Shown here: in pieces, positions 1 to 7,193 of the stretch
How the letters are laid out: every line of letters begins with the position of its first letter
Position numbering within the stretch: the first letter of the stretch is position 1
Notes under the pieces: model-generated
What the model was told of the DNA's origin: nothing
What the model saw: only the letters and a program-made list of their open reading frames with translations
Database searches by the model: none
Made by a program: the position numbers and the translations under genes
Origin: Oscillospiraceae bacterium
Lineage (GTDB): Bacteria; Bacillota; Clostridia; Oscillospirales; UBA929
Assembly (NCBI GenBank): GCA_031271525.1
Contig: JAISVO010000068.1
Location: 1-35,783, forward strand
Length of the DNA stretch: 35,783 nt
Direction of reading: 5' to 3'

Positions 1-1
1 G

Positions 2-691
2 CAGGTGCGAAAGACGAACGAGTGGGCGGCGTCGGTCTGCTCCGGACGGATCGCCTGTTTCGGCGGGATCTATCCCCACGCGGCGGACTATAAGGACGCG
101 ATTGACTTCGTCGCGGGCTTGGGGCTACGCGGGATCAAATTCCACGCGGAGTATCAGGATTTTATTCTGGACGAGCCGAAAATGCTCCGGGTTTACGATT
201 ACGCGCTGTCCAAGGGCTTGGTCCTGCTCCACCACGCGGGGTTCGACCCGGCGTTCCCGCCCCCTTTCCGCAGCAGCCCGGAGCGGTTTGTAAACGTACT
301 GGAGGCGATGGGCGGCGGCGTCATCGTGGCGGCGCACCTCGGCGGCCACGCCCAGTGGGACGGGGTGGAGGAACGCCTCGCCGGGCGGGATATTTATCTG
401 GATACCTCGATGGGGCTGGAGTACGTCCCGGAGGAGCAGTTTATGCGGATTGTGCGGAAGCACGGCGCGGACAAGATCCTGTTCGCGTCCGATTCGCCGT
501 GGAGCGGCGCGGATACCGAGATCGAACGGCTGAAAAAACTGCCGCTGACCGAACGGGAGAAGGCTGCGATCCTCGGGGGGAACGCTCAGAGGCTTTTGCC
601 GGGGCTTTTTCCCCGAAGCTCCCGGAAGAACCCCGTCAGCAGCGCGGACGATTCCTCGGCGAGTATGCCGCCCCGCACCGGCGGTTTGTGA
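2..691 (+). CDS. Amidohydrolase family protein (Amidohydro_2-like), 5' end outside the window
   Basis: Motifs GLRGIKFH, LHHAG, AAHLGG, YLDTS, ILFASDSPW, ILGGNAQRLL. The frame is open to the window edge. Confidence 0.85.
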   Translation, partial: QVRKTNEWAASVCSGRIACFGGIYPHAADYKDAIDFVAGLGLRGIKFHAEYQDFILDEPKMLRVYDYALSKGLVLLHHAGFDPAFPPPFRSSPERFVNVLEAMGGGVIVAAHLGGHAQWDGVEERLAGRDIYLDTSMGLEYVPEEQFMRIVRKHGADKILFASDSPWSGADTEIERLKKLPLTEREKAAILGGNAQRLLPGLFPRSSRKNPVSSADDSSASMPPRTGGL

Positions 692-1035
692 TTGAACGGG
701 TAGGCGAACAGATCGACCACGCTGCCGCAGGCCCCGGCCTTCGGGTCGTGCGCGCCGAAATACACCGCGCCGATCCGGGCGTTGATGATCGCTCCGGCGC
801 ACATCGGGCACGGCTCCAGCGTCACATACAGGGCGCAGTCGGGAAGCCGCCAGAACCCCACCGTCTCGCACGCCTGCGATATGGCGTGGAGTTCGGCGTG
901 CCCCAGCGCGTTCTGCGTCCTTTCCCGGGTGTTCCGCCCCCGTCCGACGATCTCGTCCCCCCGGGCGACGATACAGCCGACCGGCGCTTCCCCCTCCGAA
1001 GCGGCGAGCCGCGCAAGCTCCAGCGCGGCCCGCAT
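586..1035 (-). CDS. tadA: tRNA adenosine(34) deaminase
   Basis: Motifs GEAPVGC, HAE, LYVTLEPCPMCAGAI, GAHDPKAG, FNHK, FFRELR. ATG at 1035 has GGAGGT upstream; the ORF-track start at 1437 is an over-extension. Confidence 0.93.
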   Translation of the reverse strand: MRAALELARLAASEGEAPVGCIVARGDEIVGRGRNTRERTQNALGHAELHAISQACETVGFWRLPDCALYVTLEPCPMCAGAIINARIGAVYFGAHDPKAGACGSVVDLFAYPFNHKPPVRGGILAEESSALLTGFFRELRGKSPGKSL

Positions 1036-1043
1036 GAATCCCG

Positions 1044-1922
1044 TTACCTCCAAATCTCGGCGCACACCTCCGGCGGGAAGTAGTAGCTGTCCTCGTTCGT
1101 GAACGTCACGTTCACCCACAGGACCTTCGCGTCCGCGACGCCCGGGTTGCGCCAGACCTCCGGGAAGATGTACTCCTTCTCCGCGCCGGGCAGGAGATAG
1201 TCGTTTGTCCGGATAAACCCTTGGTTTGTCGGGTTGCCTTCGAGATCGACCCGTACGGTGTCGTTTGCCGCCCCGCCGTCCGCGCCGAACGCCTCGAAGG
1301 CGATCTGGACCTGATTGACGGTGTCTTTTGTCTTGTTGACGAGCTTCACCCGCAGGCCGACGGTATCCGCCTCGCCCCGCAGCAGCGAATGGGAGAGGAT
1401 GTCGATCACCTCTTCCTTCGCGCTCGCGACAGCCCATTCGTTGAACTGCCCCTGCTCGGTGATTTCGGCGGGCTTCAGCAGCTCCTGCAGCATGTCGTCG
1501 TGGAGCGCCAGCCGCTCCTCCTCTTGGGGGAAGTCCTCCCGGTATTTGTGGATCATCGCCACGAGGGCGTTGATCTTGATCGTCCAGTCGGGGTCCTCAT
1601 ACCAGTTCCCGGCTTTGCTCGCGAGGTACTCCTCCTCCAGCTTCGGGCGGAGGAGGGTCAGCTCGGTGTAGTGCGTGTCTATGCCGTCCTCCGCGTTGTG
1701 CTTTGTGTTGTTCTGCAGGATCGGCACGATGACCGCCACGAGGACGACGACAAGCGCCACCGACAGCATCGACATCAGGGAGTTCCGCTTCTTCACCAAA
1801 CCGCCGCGCGGCTTCACGCTGTAGTCCCTCGGCGTGATATGGGTATCCAAGCGGATCCCGCAATACGGGCATGTGTTCCCGTGCCCGAAGGGCAGCTCCC
1901 GCCCGCACCGTCTGCATTGCAT
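1044..1922 (-). CDS. Zinc-ribbon membrane protein of unknown function
   Basis: N-terminal CRRC...CPYC, one hydrophobic helix (LSVALVVVLVAVIVPIL), then a soluble domain. ATG at 1922 follows a purine-rich GAGGGTGACGGGG. Confidence 0.7.
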   Translation of the reverse strand: MQCRRCGRELPFGHGNTCPYCGIRLDTHITPRDYSVKPRGGLVKKRNSLMSMLSVALVVVLVAVIVPILQNNTKHNAEDGIDTHYTELTLLRPKLEEEYLASKAGNWYEDPDWTIKINALVAMIHKYREDFPQEEERLALHDDMLQELLKPAEITEQGQFNEWAVASAKEEVIDILSHSLLRGEADTVGLRVKLVNKTKDTVNQVQIAFEAFGADGGAANDTVRVDLEGNPTNQGFIRTNDYLLPGAEKEYIFPEVWRNPGVADAKVLWVNVTFTNEDSYYFPPEVCAEIWR

Positions 1923-2017
1923 CCCCGTCACCCTCACTGTGGTATGTTTTCGCGGCGGCGGCTCCGTCCCGCACACCTTCCCCTTGCATGTCGCCATTGC
2001 TTCGTTGCCTCCGGCGG

Positions 2018-2051
2018 CTTAAGGAACCTTCCGTGAAAGTAGTCCCTTAAG
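2018..2051 (-). other. Intergenic stem-loop downstream of tatD
   Basis: Minus strand CTTAAGGGAC-N14-GTTCCTTAAG, 10 bp with one G-U pair; no U-tract follows. Confidence 0.5.
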
Positions 2052-2068
2052 AATATTATTAAATTTCT

Positions 2069-2845
2069 TTATGATATGTTGTAAAAATCCAGCCCGTTTT
2101 GGTAGGTCAGCCGCTCGACCAGCTCCGCGGTCTGCCCCCGCGCCTCCGCGAGGACCTCGATCACGCGGGAGATCATCCGGCTGTCGCAGCGTTTGCCGCG
2201 CGTCGGCTCGGGCGCGAGATAGGGCGCGTCCGTCTCGGTCAGCAGCAGCCCGTCCGGCACGGCGGCGGCGGCTTCCCGCAGGCCGCCGTTCTTCTTCTAC
2301 GTCACAGAGCCGGAAAACGACACGTAGAACCCAAGCCTCGCGGCTTCCCGGGCAAGCTCGGCGTCGCCGGAGAAGCAGTGGAGGACGGCGCGTACCCCAC
2401 GGTGGGCCGAGAGGATGTCGAAGCAGTCCCGGTGGGCGTCCCGGTCGTGGACGATGACCGGAAGGCCGTACCGCCTTGCCAGACTGATCTGGCTGTCGAA
2501 CGCCTCCCGCTGGGCCTCGCGGGCCGGCTGCGCGAACCCTTGCGCCGGGTAGTAGTCCAGCCCGCACTCCCCGACGGCGACGATCTTTTCCCGCGCGGCG
2601 TTTTGAAGGTAGTTCTCCAGCCTGTCCAAGTCGCCGGGGTTCACGCCGCAGTTCGGGTGGATCCCGGCGGCGGCGTAGATGAACGGGACCCCCGAGGCGA
2701 TCTCGAGGACGCGCCGCTGCCCGTCCATCGAGGTGCCCGGCATGACGATCCTGCCGACCCCGCTTTCCGGCATCCCGGAGAGAAGCTCGTCGCGGTCCGG
2801 GTCGAACCGCTCGTCGTCGTAATGGGCGTGGGCGTCGAAGATCAT
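2069..2845 (-). pseudogene. tatD: TatD family hydrolase with an in-frame TAG at codon 183 (nonsense allele, readthrough, or sequencing error)
   Basis: Motifs FDAHAHY, GIHP, VGECGLDY, VHDRDAH, LHCFSG, then SFSGSVT-TAG-KKNGGLREAAAAVPDGLLLTETDAPYLAPEP in the same frame. 258 aa if read through. ATGA overlap with ricT. Confidence 0.85.
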
Positions 2846-3699
2846 GTTTCCTCCGGCGGGTCTTCCCGCGACTCGGCGCGCGCCCGTCCGTGGCGGATCA
2901 CCTTGACGTCGGTGCGGTGCATCGTCTTTACCGGCGTGTCGGGCGACGCGTCCAGCCGGACCTTGATGTTGCCCCGCAGCAGCGACACCTCGGTGACGGT
3001 CCCCGGCCCTTGCGGCGTCTGCACGACGCTGTCCACCCGGGGGGTGACGCTGTGCAGGTGCTCGTACGCCGCCTGCTCGTATTTCAGGCAGCACATCAGC
3101 CGCCCGCAGGTGCCGGATATTTTGGTCGGGTTGAGGGAGAGGCTCTGCTCCTTCGCCATCTTGATCGAGACAGGCTGGAACTCGTCGAGGAAGGTCGAGC
3201 AGCAGAACTGCTTCCCGCAGACGCCAAGCCCGCCCAGCATTCTGGCTTCGTCCCGAACCCCGATCTGCCGCAGCTCGATCCGGGTGCGAAAGACGGACGC
3301 CAAGTCTTTGACCAGCTCGCGGAAGTCCACCCGCCCGTCCGAGGTGAAGTAGAAGGTGATCTTATTGCCGTCGAAGGTGTATTCGACGTCCACAACCTTC
3401 ATGTCCAGCCCGTGCTTCTCCACCCGTTCCCGGCAGACCGCGATGGCGTCCTCCGCCTTCCGCGCGATCGCCCGGAGGGTTTTTTCGTCGTTCTCCCCCA
3501 CGATCCGGAGGACCTTCCGAAGGGGGGGGACGATCCGCTCGTCCTCCGCCTCGAACAGCCCGGTCACGCAGGTGCCGTACTCGGTGCCCGTCTGCGTCTC
3601 GATGATCACCGGCGTCCCCTTCTCAAGGGGTAGCCCGTTCGGGTCGAAATAATACATCTTGCTCACTTTTTTGAAGCGTATGCCAACAACGGTCGTCAA
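2842..3699 (-). CDS. ricT: PSP1-domain stage 0 sporulation family protein RicT/YaaT
   Basis: Motifs GIRFK, RVDFRELVKDLA, IELRQIGVRDEA, GVCGKQFCCS, KISGTCGRLMCCLKYE. TTG start with AAGGAG upstream. Confidence 0.93.
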   Translation of the reverse strand: MTTVVGIRFKKVSKMYYFDPNGLPLEKGTPVIIETQTGTEYGTCVTGLFEAEDERIVPPLRKVLRIVGENDEKTLRAIARKAEDAIAVCRERVEKHGLDMKVVDVEYTFDGNKITFYFTSDGRVDFRELVKDLASVFRTRIELRQIGVRDEARMLGGLGVCGKQFCCSTFLDEFQPVSIKMAKEQSLSLNPTKISGTCGRLMCCLKYEQAAYEHLHSVTPRVDSVVQTPQGPGTVTEVSLLRGNIKVRLDASPDTPVKTMHRTDVKVIRHGRARAESREDPPEET

Positions 3700-3712
3700 A
3701 ACAAAAAACTCC

Positions 3713-4402
3713 TTACATAGCCGCCAGCACGCCGCAGATACTCCCCACCGACGCGTTTTGTTCCAGCGCCGGGAGTAAACCGCTCACCGCGCCGATCGCC
3801 CGGATATAGTCCGGCGAAGCGCCGCCGGCTTCACAGCGGTCCCGGAGGCAAACCAAGATAGAATGCAGCAGCTCCTTCATCGCGTCCCGGGAGGAGCGCT
3901 CCCAAGAGAGGGCGATGGCGGCCCGTTCCCAAGGGCCGGCGTCGATAAACGCGGATACGGACGGGTCGGGGTCTTTGTCCGCCGCCGGTTCGGTCAGCCG
4001 CCGCACAACGCAGCGGGAACGCACCGTCGGCAGGAGCAGCCCCGCGTTTTCAACGGTCAGCACGAAGCGCACCGGCTCGGGCGGCTCCTCCAGCAGACGG
4101 AGGAGGGCGTTTTGGGCGGAGCCGTTCATCTGGTGGGCGCGGGCGATGATATAGACCTTCGCGCCGCCGTCGAACGGACGGAGGAGGGAATCCTTCCGGA
4201 TCGCCCGGATCGCCTCCACCTTGATCACCGCCCCCGGTTCGCTCTCCAGCACCGACACGTCCACGTGCAGGCCGGCCAGAACCTTGCGCCGCTCGCCGAT
4301 CCACTCCGAGGCGAGCAGCAGCGCCTCCCGGCGCAGGGCGCTCTCGTCCCGCCCCTCAAGGATGACGGGGACGGCGCTAGAATTTGGCGAATTTCTCAAC
4401 AT
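3713..4402 (-). CDS. holB: DNA polymerase III delta-prime subunit (short form)
   Basis: Motifs IKVEAIR, KVYII, AQNALLRLLEEPP, LLPTVRSRC. Lies between darA and ricT. The start site is uncertain. Confidence 0.8.
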   Translation of the reverse strand: MLRNSPNSSAVPVILEGRDESALRREALLLASEWIGERRKVLAGLHVDVSVLESEPGAVIKVEAIRAIRKDSLLRPFDGGAKVYIIARAHQMNGSAQNALLRLLEEPPEPVRFVLTVENAGLLLPTVRSRCVVRRLTEPAADKDPDPSVSAFIDAGPWERAAIALSWERSSRDAMKELLHSILVCLRDRCEAGGASPDYIRAIGAVSGLLPALEQNASVGSICGVLAAM

Positions 4403-4700
4403 TCATCACGAAGGCGGTCGCGCCGCCCACCGTCACCTCGACGGGGAGGGAGGAGTACATCCCAAGCCCCATCTCGGCGGCGCCCGGGATCACCTGCCGC
4501 CGGGAGTTGGAGAATTTCCCGATGATCTCCATCGCGCCCTCCAGCCGGTCGTCGTCCACGCCGATCAGGATGGTGACGTTGCCCACCTGCAGGAAACCGC
4601 CGGTGGTCGCGAGCTTTGTCACATGGTAGCCGCCTTGGGTCAGGTGCTGGATGACGCTGTGCGCGTCGTCGTGGTTGATGATCGCGAGTATGAGCTTCAT
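4377..4700 (-). CDS. darA: Cyclic-di-AMP receptor DarA (YaaQ/PstA, PII-like)
   Basis: MKLILAII, TKLATTGGFL.GNVTILIG, EVTVGGATAFV. ATG at 4700 has GAGGAGG upstream; 107 aa. Confidence 0.92.
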   Translation of the reverse strand: MKLILAIINHDDAHSVIQHLTQGGYHVTKLATTGGFLQVGNVTILIGVDDDRLEGAMEIIGKFSNSRRQVIPGAAEMGLGMYSSLPVEVTVGGATAFVMNVEKFAKF

Positions 4701-4710
4701 AGTAGCCTCC

Positions 4711-5943
4711 TCAGAACGTCCGGTGTCCTCCGTTACGTACGACCCAGATGGGTTCCTCTCCAGTATAGCACATTTCGGCGGCAATATCGAGAGTTTTTTT
4801 GCCGAGCAGTTCCCCCGGCGCGGCAAAGGGTACGCCCGGCGGCGACGGGGCCGCCGCCCGCGCCGCGATCCGCCCGACGGCGTCCCGGAGCGGAACCCGC
4901 TCCCTCGGGGCGAAAAACGCCTCCCTCGGCGTCATCACGGCCTCGGGGAAGTCCCATTTGTCCGGTCCCCGCGCCCTCGCGCCCCGCGCCGGGACGGAGG
5001 AGAGCGCCTTCTCCAGCCGGGAGAAATCCCCGTCCGTGTTGTTCGGGGAGAGCATAAAGACCATCCGGTCCCGATCCGCGGTCTCGCAGACGACGGAAAA
5101 CTCCTCGGCGAACCGTCTGGCGTCGCCGGTCCCGTCGCCGGTGGTCACAACCGCCTTCGCGGGGTCGTCCACAAAGACGCGGCTGTCCCGCGCCAGCTTT
5201 TTCGTGAACGCCGCCACCCGCGCCCACGACAAGGCCCCGTTCGCGGCAAGCTCGGCCCGTGCGGCGTCCAGAGACGCGAGCAGGGCGAAGGAGGGGGACG
5301 CCGTGCCGAAGACCGCCGTCTGTTCCCGGAGGCCGTCGGGGTCCGCCGACCCGTCCGAGAGGAGGAGGGCGGTTTGCCCCAGCGCGTTCAGCGTCTTGTG
5401 CGCCGAGGTCACCCAGAGGTTCCCCGGCGGGGCGTAGGGCGTAAGGCAAAAGGGGAGGTGCGCCCCGTGCGCCGCGTCGCAGAGCACCGGACCCTCCGTC
5501 TTGGGGCGGGGGTAGAGCTTCCCGTAATAGTCCGGCGAGGTGTAGAGCACCGGGGCGGTCACGCCCTCCGGCGCGTCCCAGAACCACGCCGGGCGGAGGT
5601 CGAGCAGCGCCAGCGCGTTGGTTACGCTTCGGTGGCAGCCCCGCCACAGATGGACCGTGTCGCCGGGGCCGGTCACGGCGGCGAGCATCGCGAAGATCCC
5701 CTGCGTCGCGCCGCCGGTGAGGTAGAAGCAGTCCTCCGCGCCGAACAGGGCCGCCATCCCCCGCTCGGATTGCCGGATCGCGCCGTCCCGCTCGAAGTAC
5801 AGGTCGCCCGTTCCGTCCAGCTCGGTCAGGTCGATCCGGGCGGCGCCCGCGAACGGGGGGGGCAGAACCCCTTTGTGCCCCGGCATGTGGAACCTTGACA
5901 AGCCTTTCCCGGCGTAAGCCTCCCAGACCTCCCGCAGGGTCAC
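4711..5943 (-). CDS. Orn/Lys/Arg decarboxylase-like PLP enzyme (YaaO-like, fold type I)
   Basis: Motifs FHMPGHKG, DLTELDGTGDL, CHRSV, TSPDYYG, DAAHGAH, SAHKTL (PLP lysine), TASPSF, PPGVP...PGE. Confidence 0.85.
   Translation of the reverse strand: MTLREVWEAYAGKGLSRFHMPGHKGVLPPPFAGAARIDLTELDGTGDLYFERDGAIRQSERGMAALFGAEDCFYLTGGATQGIFAMLAAVTGPGDTVHLWRGCHRSVTNALALLDLRPAWFWDAPEGVTAPVLYTSPDYYGKLYPRPKTEGPVLCDAAHGAHLPFCLTPYAPPGNLWVTSAHKTLNALGQTALLLSDGSADPDGLREQTAVFGTASPSFALLASLDAARAELAANGALSWARVAAFTKKLARDSRVFVDDPAKAVVTTGDGTGDARRFAEEFSVVCETADRDRMVFMLSPNNTDGDFSRLEKALSSVPARGARARGPDKWDFPEAVMTPREAFFAPRERVPLRDAVGRIAARAAAPSPPGVPFAAPGELLGKKTLDIAAEMCYTGEEPIWVVRNGGHRTF
4762..4790 (-). promoter_or_regulatory. 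Putative sigma-A promoter inside the 3' end of the decarboxylase gene, facing darA
   Basis: Minus strand TCGATA-17 bp-TATACT with a TGTG extended -10 and an A-tract upstream. Confidence 0.55.
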
Positions 5944-7001
5944 TGCAAGACCCTCGGCACCGACGCCGCGAAGAGGGGGTTGACGTTGACCTGCGCCACG
6001 TTCCCCACCGACGCGTTCGATTTGGTGAGGTCGAGCACCATGTGGTTCTGCCCGACCAAGCCGATGACCTGCGCCGTCTCGCCGTTATCCAGCCGGACGG
6101 TCACCTTGCCGTAGCCGATCTTCCCGCGCCGTATCTCAAAGAGGCGGGAATAGGACGGTTTTTCCATCAGGAAGCCGTTCGCGTAGCCCACCGGCAGAAA
6201 CCCCACCCGCACCGAGCGCCGGAGGCGTAGTTTTCCGGCGACGGCGGACCCGGCGGGGATCCAGCGGACGTCGGTGATCGGGGCCAGCACCGCGCCGACC
6301 GGCGTCAGCCCGGTCTTGCCCGGGATCCGCCCGGTCATCGCCGCGCCGATCCGCACCATATCGTATTGGGGCAGTCCGTCAAAGTGGAAGAGCGCCGTCG
6401 AGCCGAGGGCGTGGACGGTGCCCGTTTCAATCGACTTCCCGCGCAGGGCGGCGAGGACCGCGTCGAACCCGTCGAGGCAGAGCCGCGCCTTTTTCAGCGA
6501 GATGCCGCTTGGCAGGTGGGTGTACACCCCCGATACGGCGATGTTCTGCATGTAGGAAAAGATGTTCTGCATCTTGTCCAGCTCGCGGGGCAGGAAGCCG
6601 TACCGCCCCAGCCCGCAGTCAATTTTCAGGTGCGCCTCGGCGACCGTGCTCCGCTTTTCGGCGATGCCGCTCAGCGCCAGCGCCGACTCCTGCGAACCGA
6701 TCGTCGCGATGACGCCGTGGTCCAAAAGCTGGTCGATCTCGGCCGGCACGGCGGTGGGGCGCATCAGAAGAAGCTCTTCGTGGGTAAACCCCTCGCCCCG
6801 GAGCAAAGCCGCGTCGGCGGGGTCGCCCACCCCGAAGCGGCGGACCCCCATCTCCCGCCAGAACCGCGCCATCGGGAGGAGCCCCAGCCCGTAGGCGTTG
6901 TTCTTCAGCACCGCCATCACCTGCGCGCCCGACAGCTTCTGGCGCACGGCGCTGTAATTCCGCTCCAGCAGACCTTTGTCGATGAACAGCTCTTTCATCA
7001 C
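5940..7001 (-). CDS. Alanine racemase-family PLP protein, divergent
   Basis: Motifs AVLKNNAYGLG, HLKIDCGLGRYG, VYTH, DMVRIG, PVGYANG. The usual catalytic-Tyr motif is not visible. Confidence 0.8.
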   Translation of the reverse strand: MMKELFIDKGLLERNYSAVRQKLSGAQVMAVLKNNAYGLGLLPMARFWREMGVRRFGVGDPADAALLRGEGFTHEELLLMRPTAVPAEIDQLLDHGVIATIGSQESALALSGIAEKRSTVAEAHLKIDCGLGRYGFLPRELDKMQNIFSYMQNIAVSGVYTHLPSGISLKKARLCLDGFDAVLAALRGKSIETGTVHALGSTALFHFDGLPQYDMVRIGAAMTGRIPGKTGLTPVGAVLAPITDVRWIPAGSAVAGKLRLRRSVRVGFLPVGYANGFLMEKPSYSRLFEIRRGKIGYGKVTVRLDNGETAQVIGLVGQNHMVLDLTKSNASVGNVAQVNVNPLFAASVPRVLQ

Positions 7002-7034
7002 GGTTCCACCCTTTCGGCGGCTGACTTCCCGTCC

Positions 7035-7063
7035 ATTATACCGTACAAGCGGGCTCTTGGCAA
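7035..7063 (-). promoter_or_regulatory. Sigma-A promoter for the Alr-like cluster
   Basis: Minus strand TTGCCA-17 bp-TATAAT. Confidence 0.75.
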
Positions 7064-7146
7064 GACTCTATACGCCCGGGACTCCGCCGCGCCGCACAGG
7101 CGTCCGCGCGCCGCGATTTTTATCGGCCGGCGTGCTCACTTTCCTC

Positions 7147-7175
7147 TTGCCATTTTTTCTATGCTGCGGTAACAT
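7147..7175 (+). promoter_or_regulatory. Sigma-A promoter for the sensor kinase
   Basis: TTGCCA-17 bp-TAACAT, followed by an AAGGGGGG ribosome binding site before TTG 7194. Confidence 0.6.
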
Positions 7176-7193
7176 ATACATCATAAGGGGGGA

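Noticed and set aside
1940-2000. Cobalamin riboswitch or SRP RNA near tadA
   Set aside because: Only a GGGAAGG fragment is present. The rest of the B12 element and the SRP CAGG..GGAA..AGCAG core are missing.
2297-2299. Genome-wide reassignment of TAG
   Set aside because: TAG ends leuB, leuC, both response regulators, GH10, GH5 and tmcAL at positions expected for those families.
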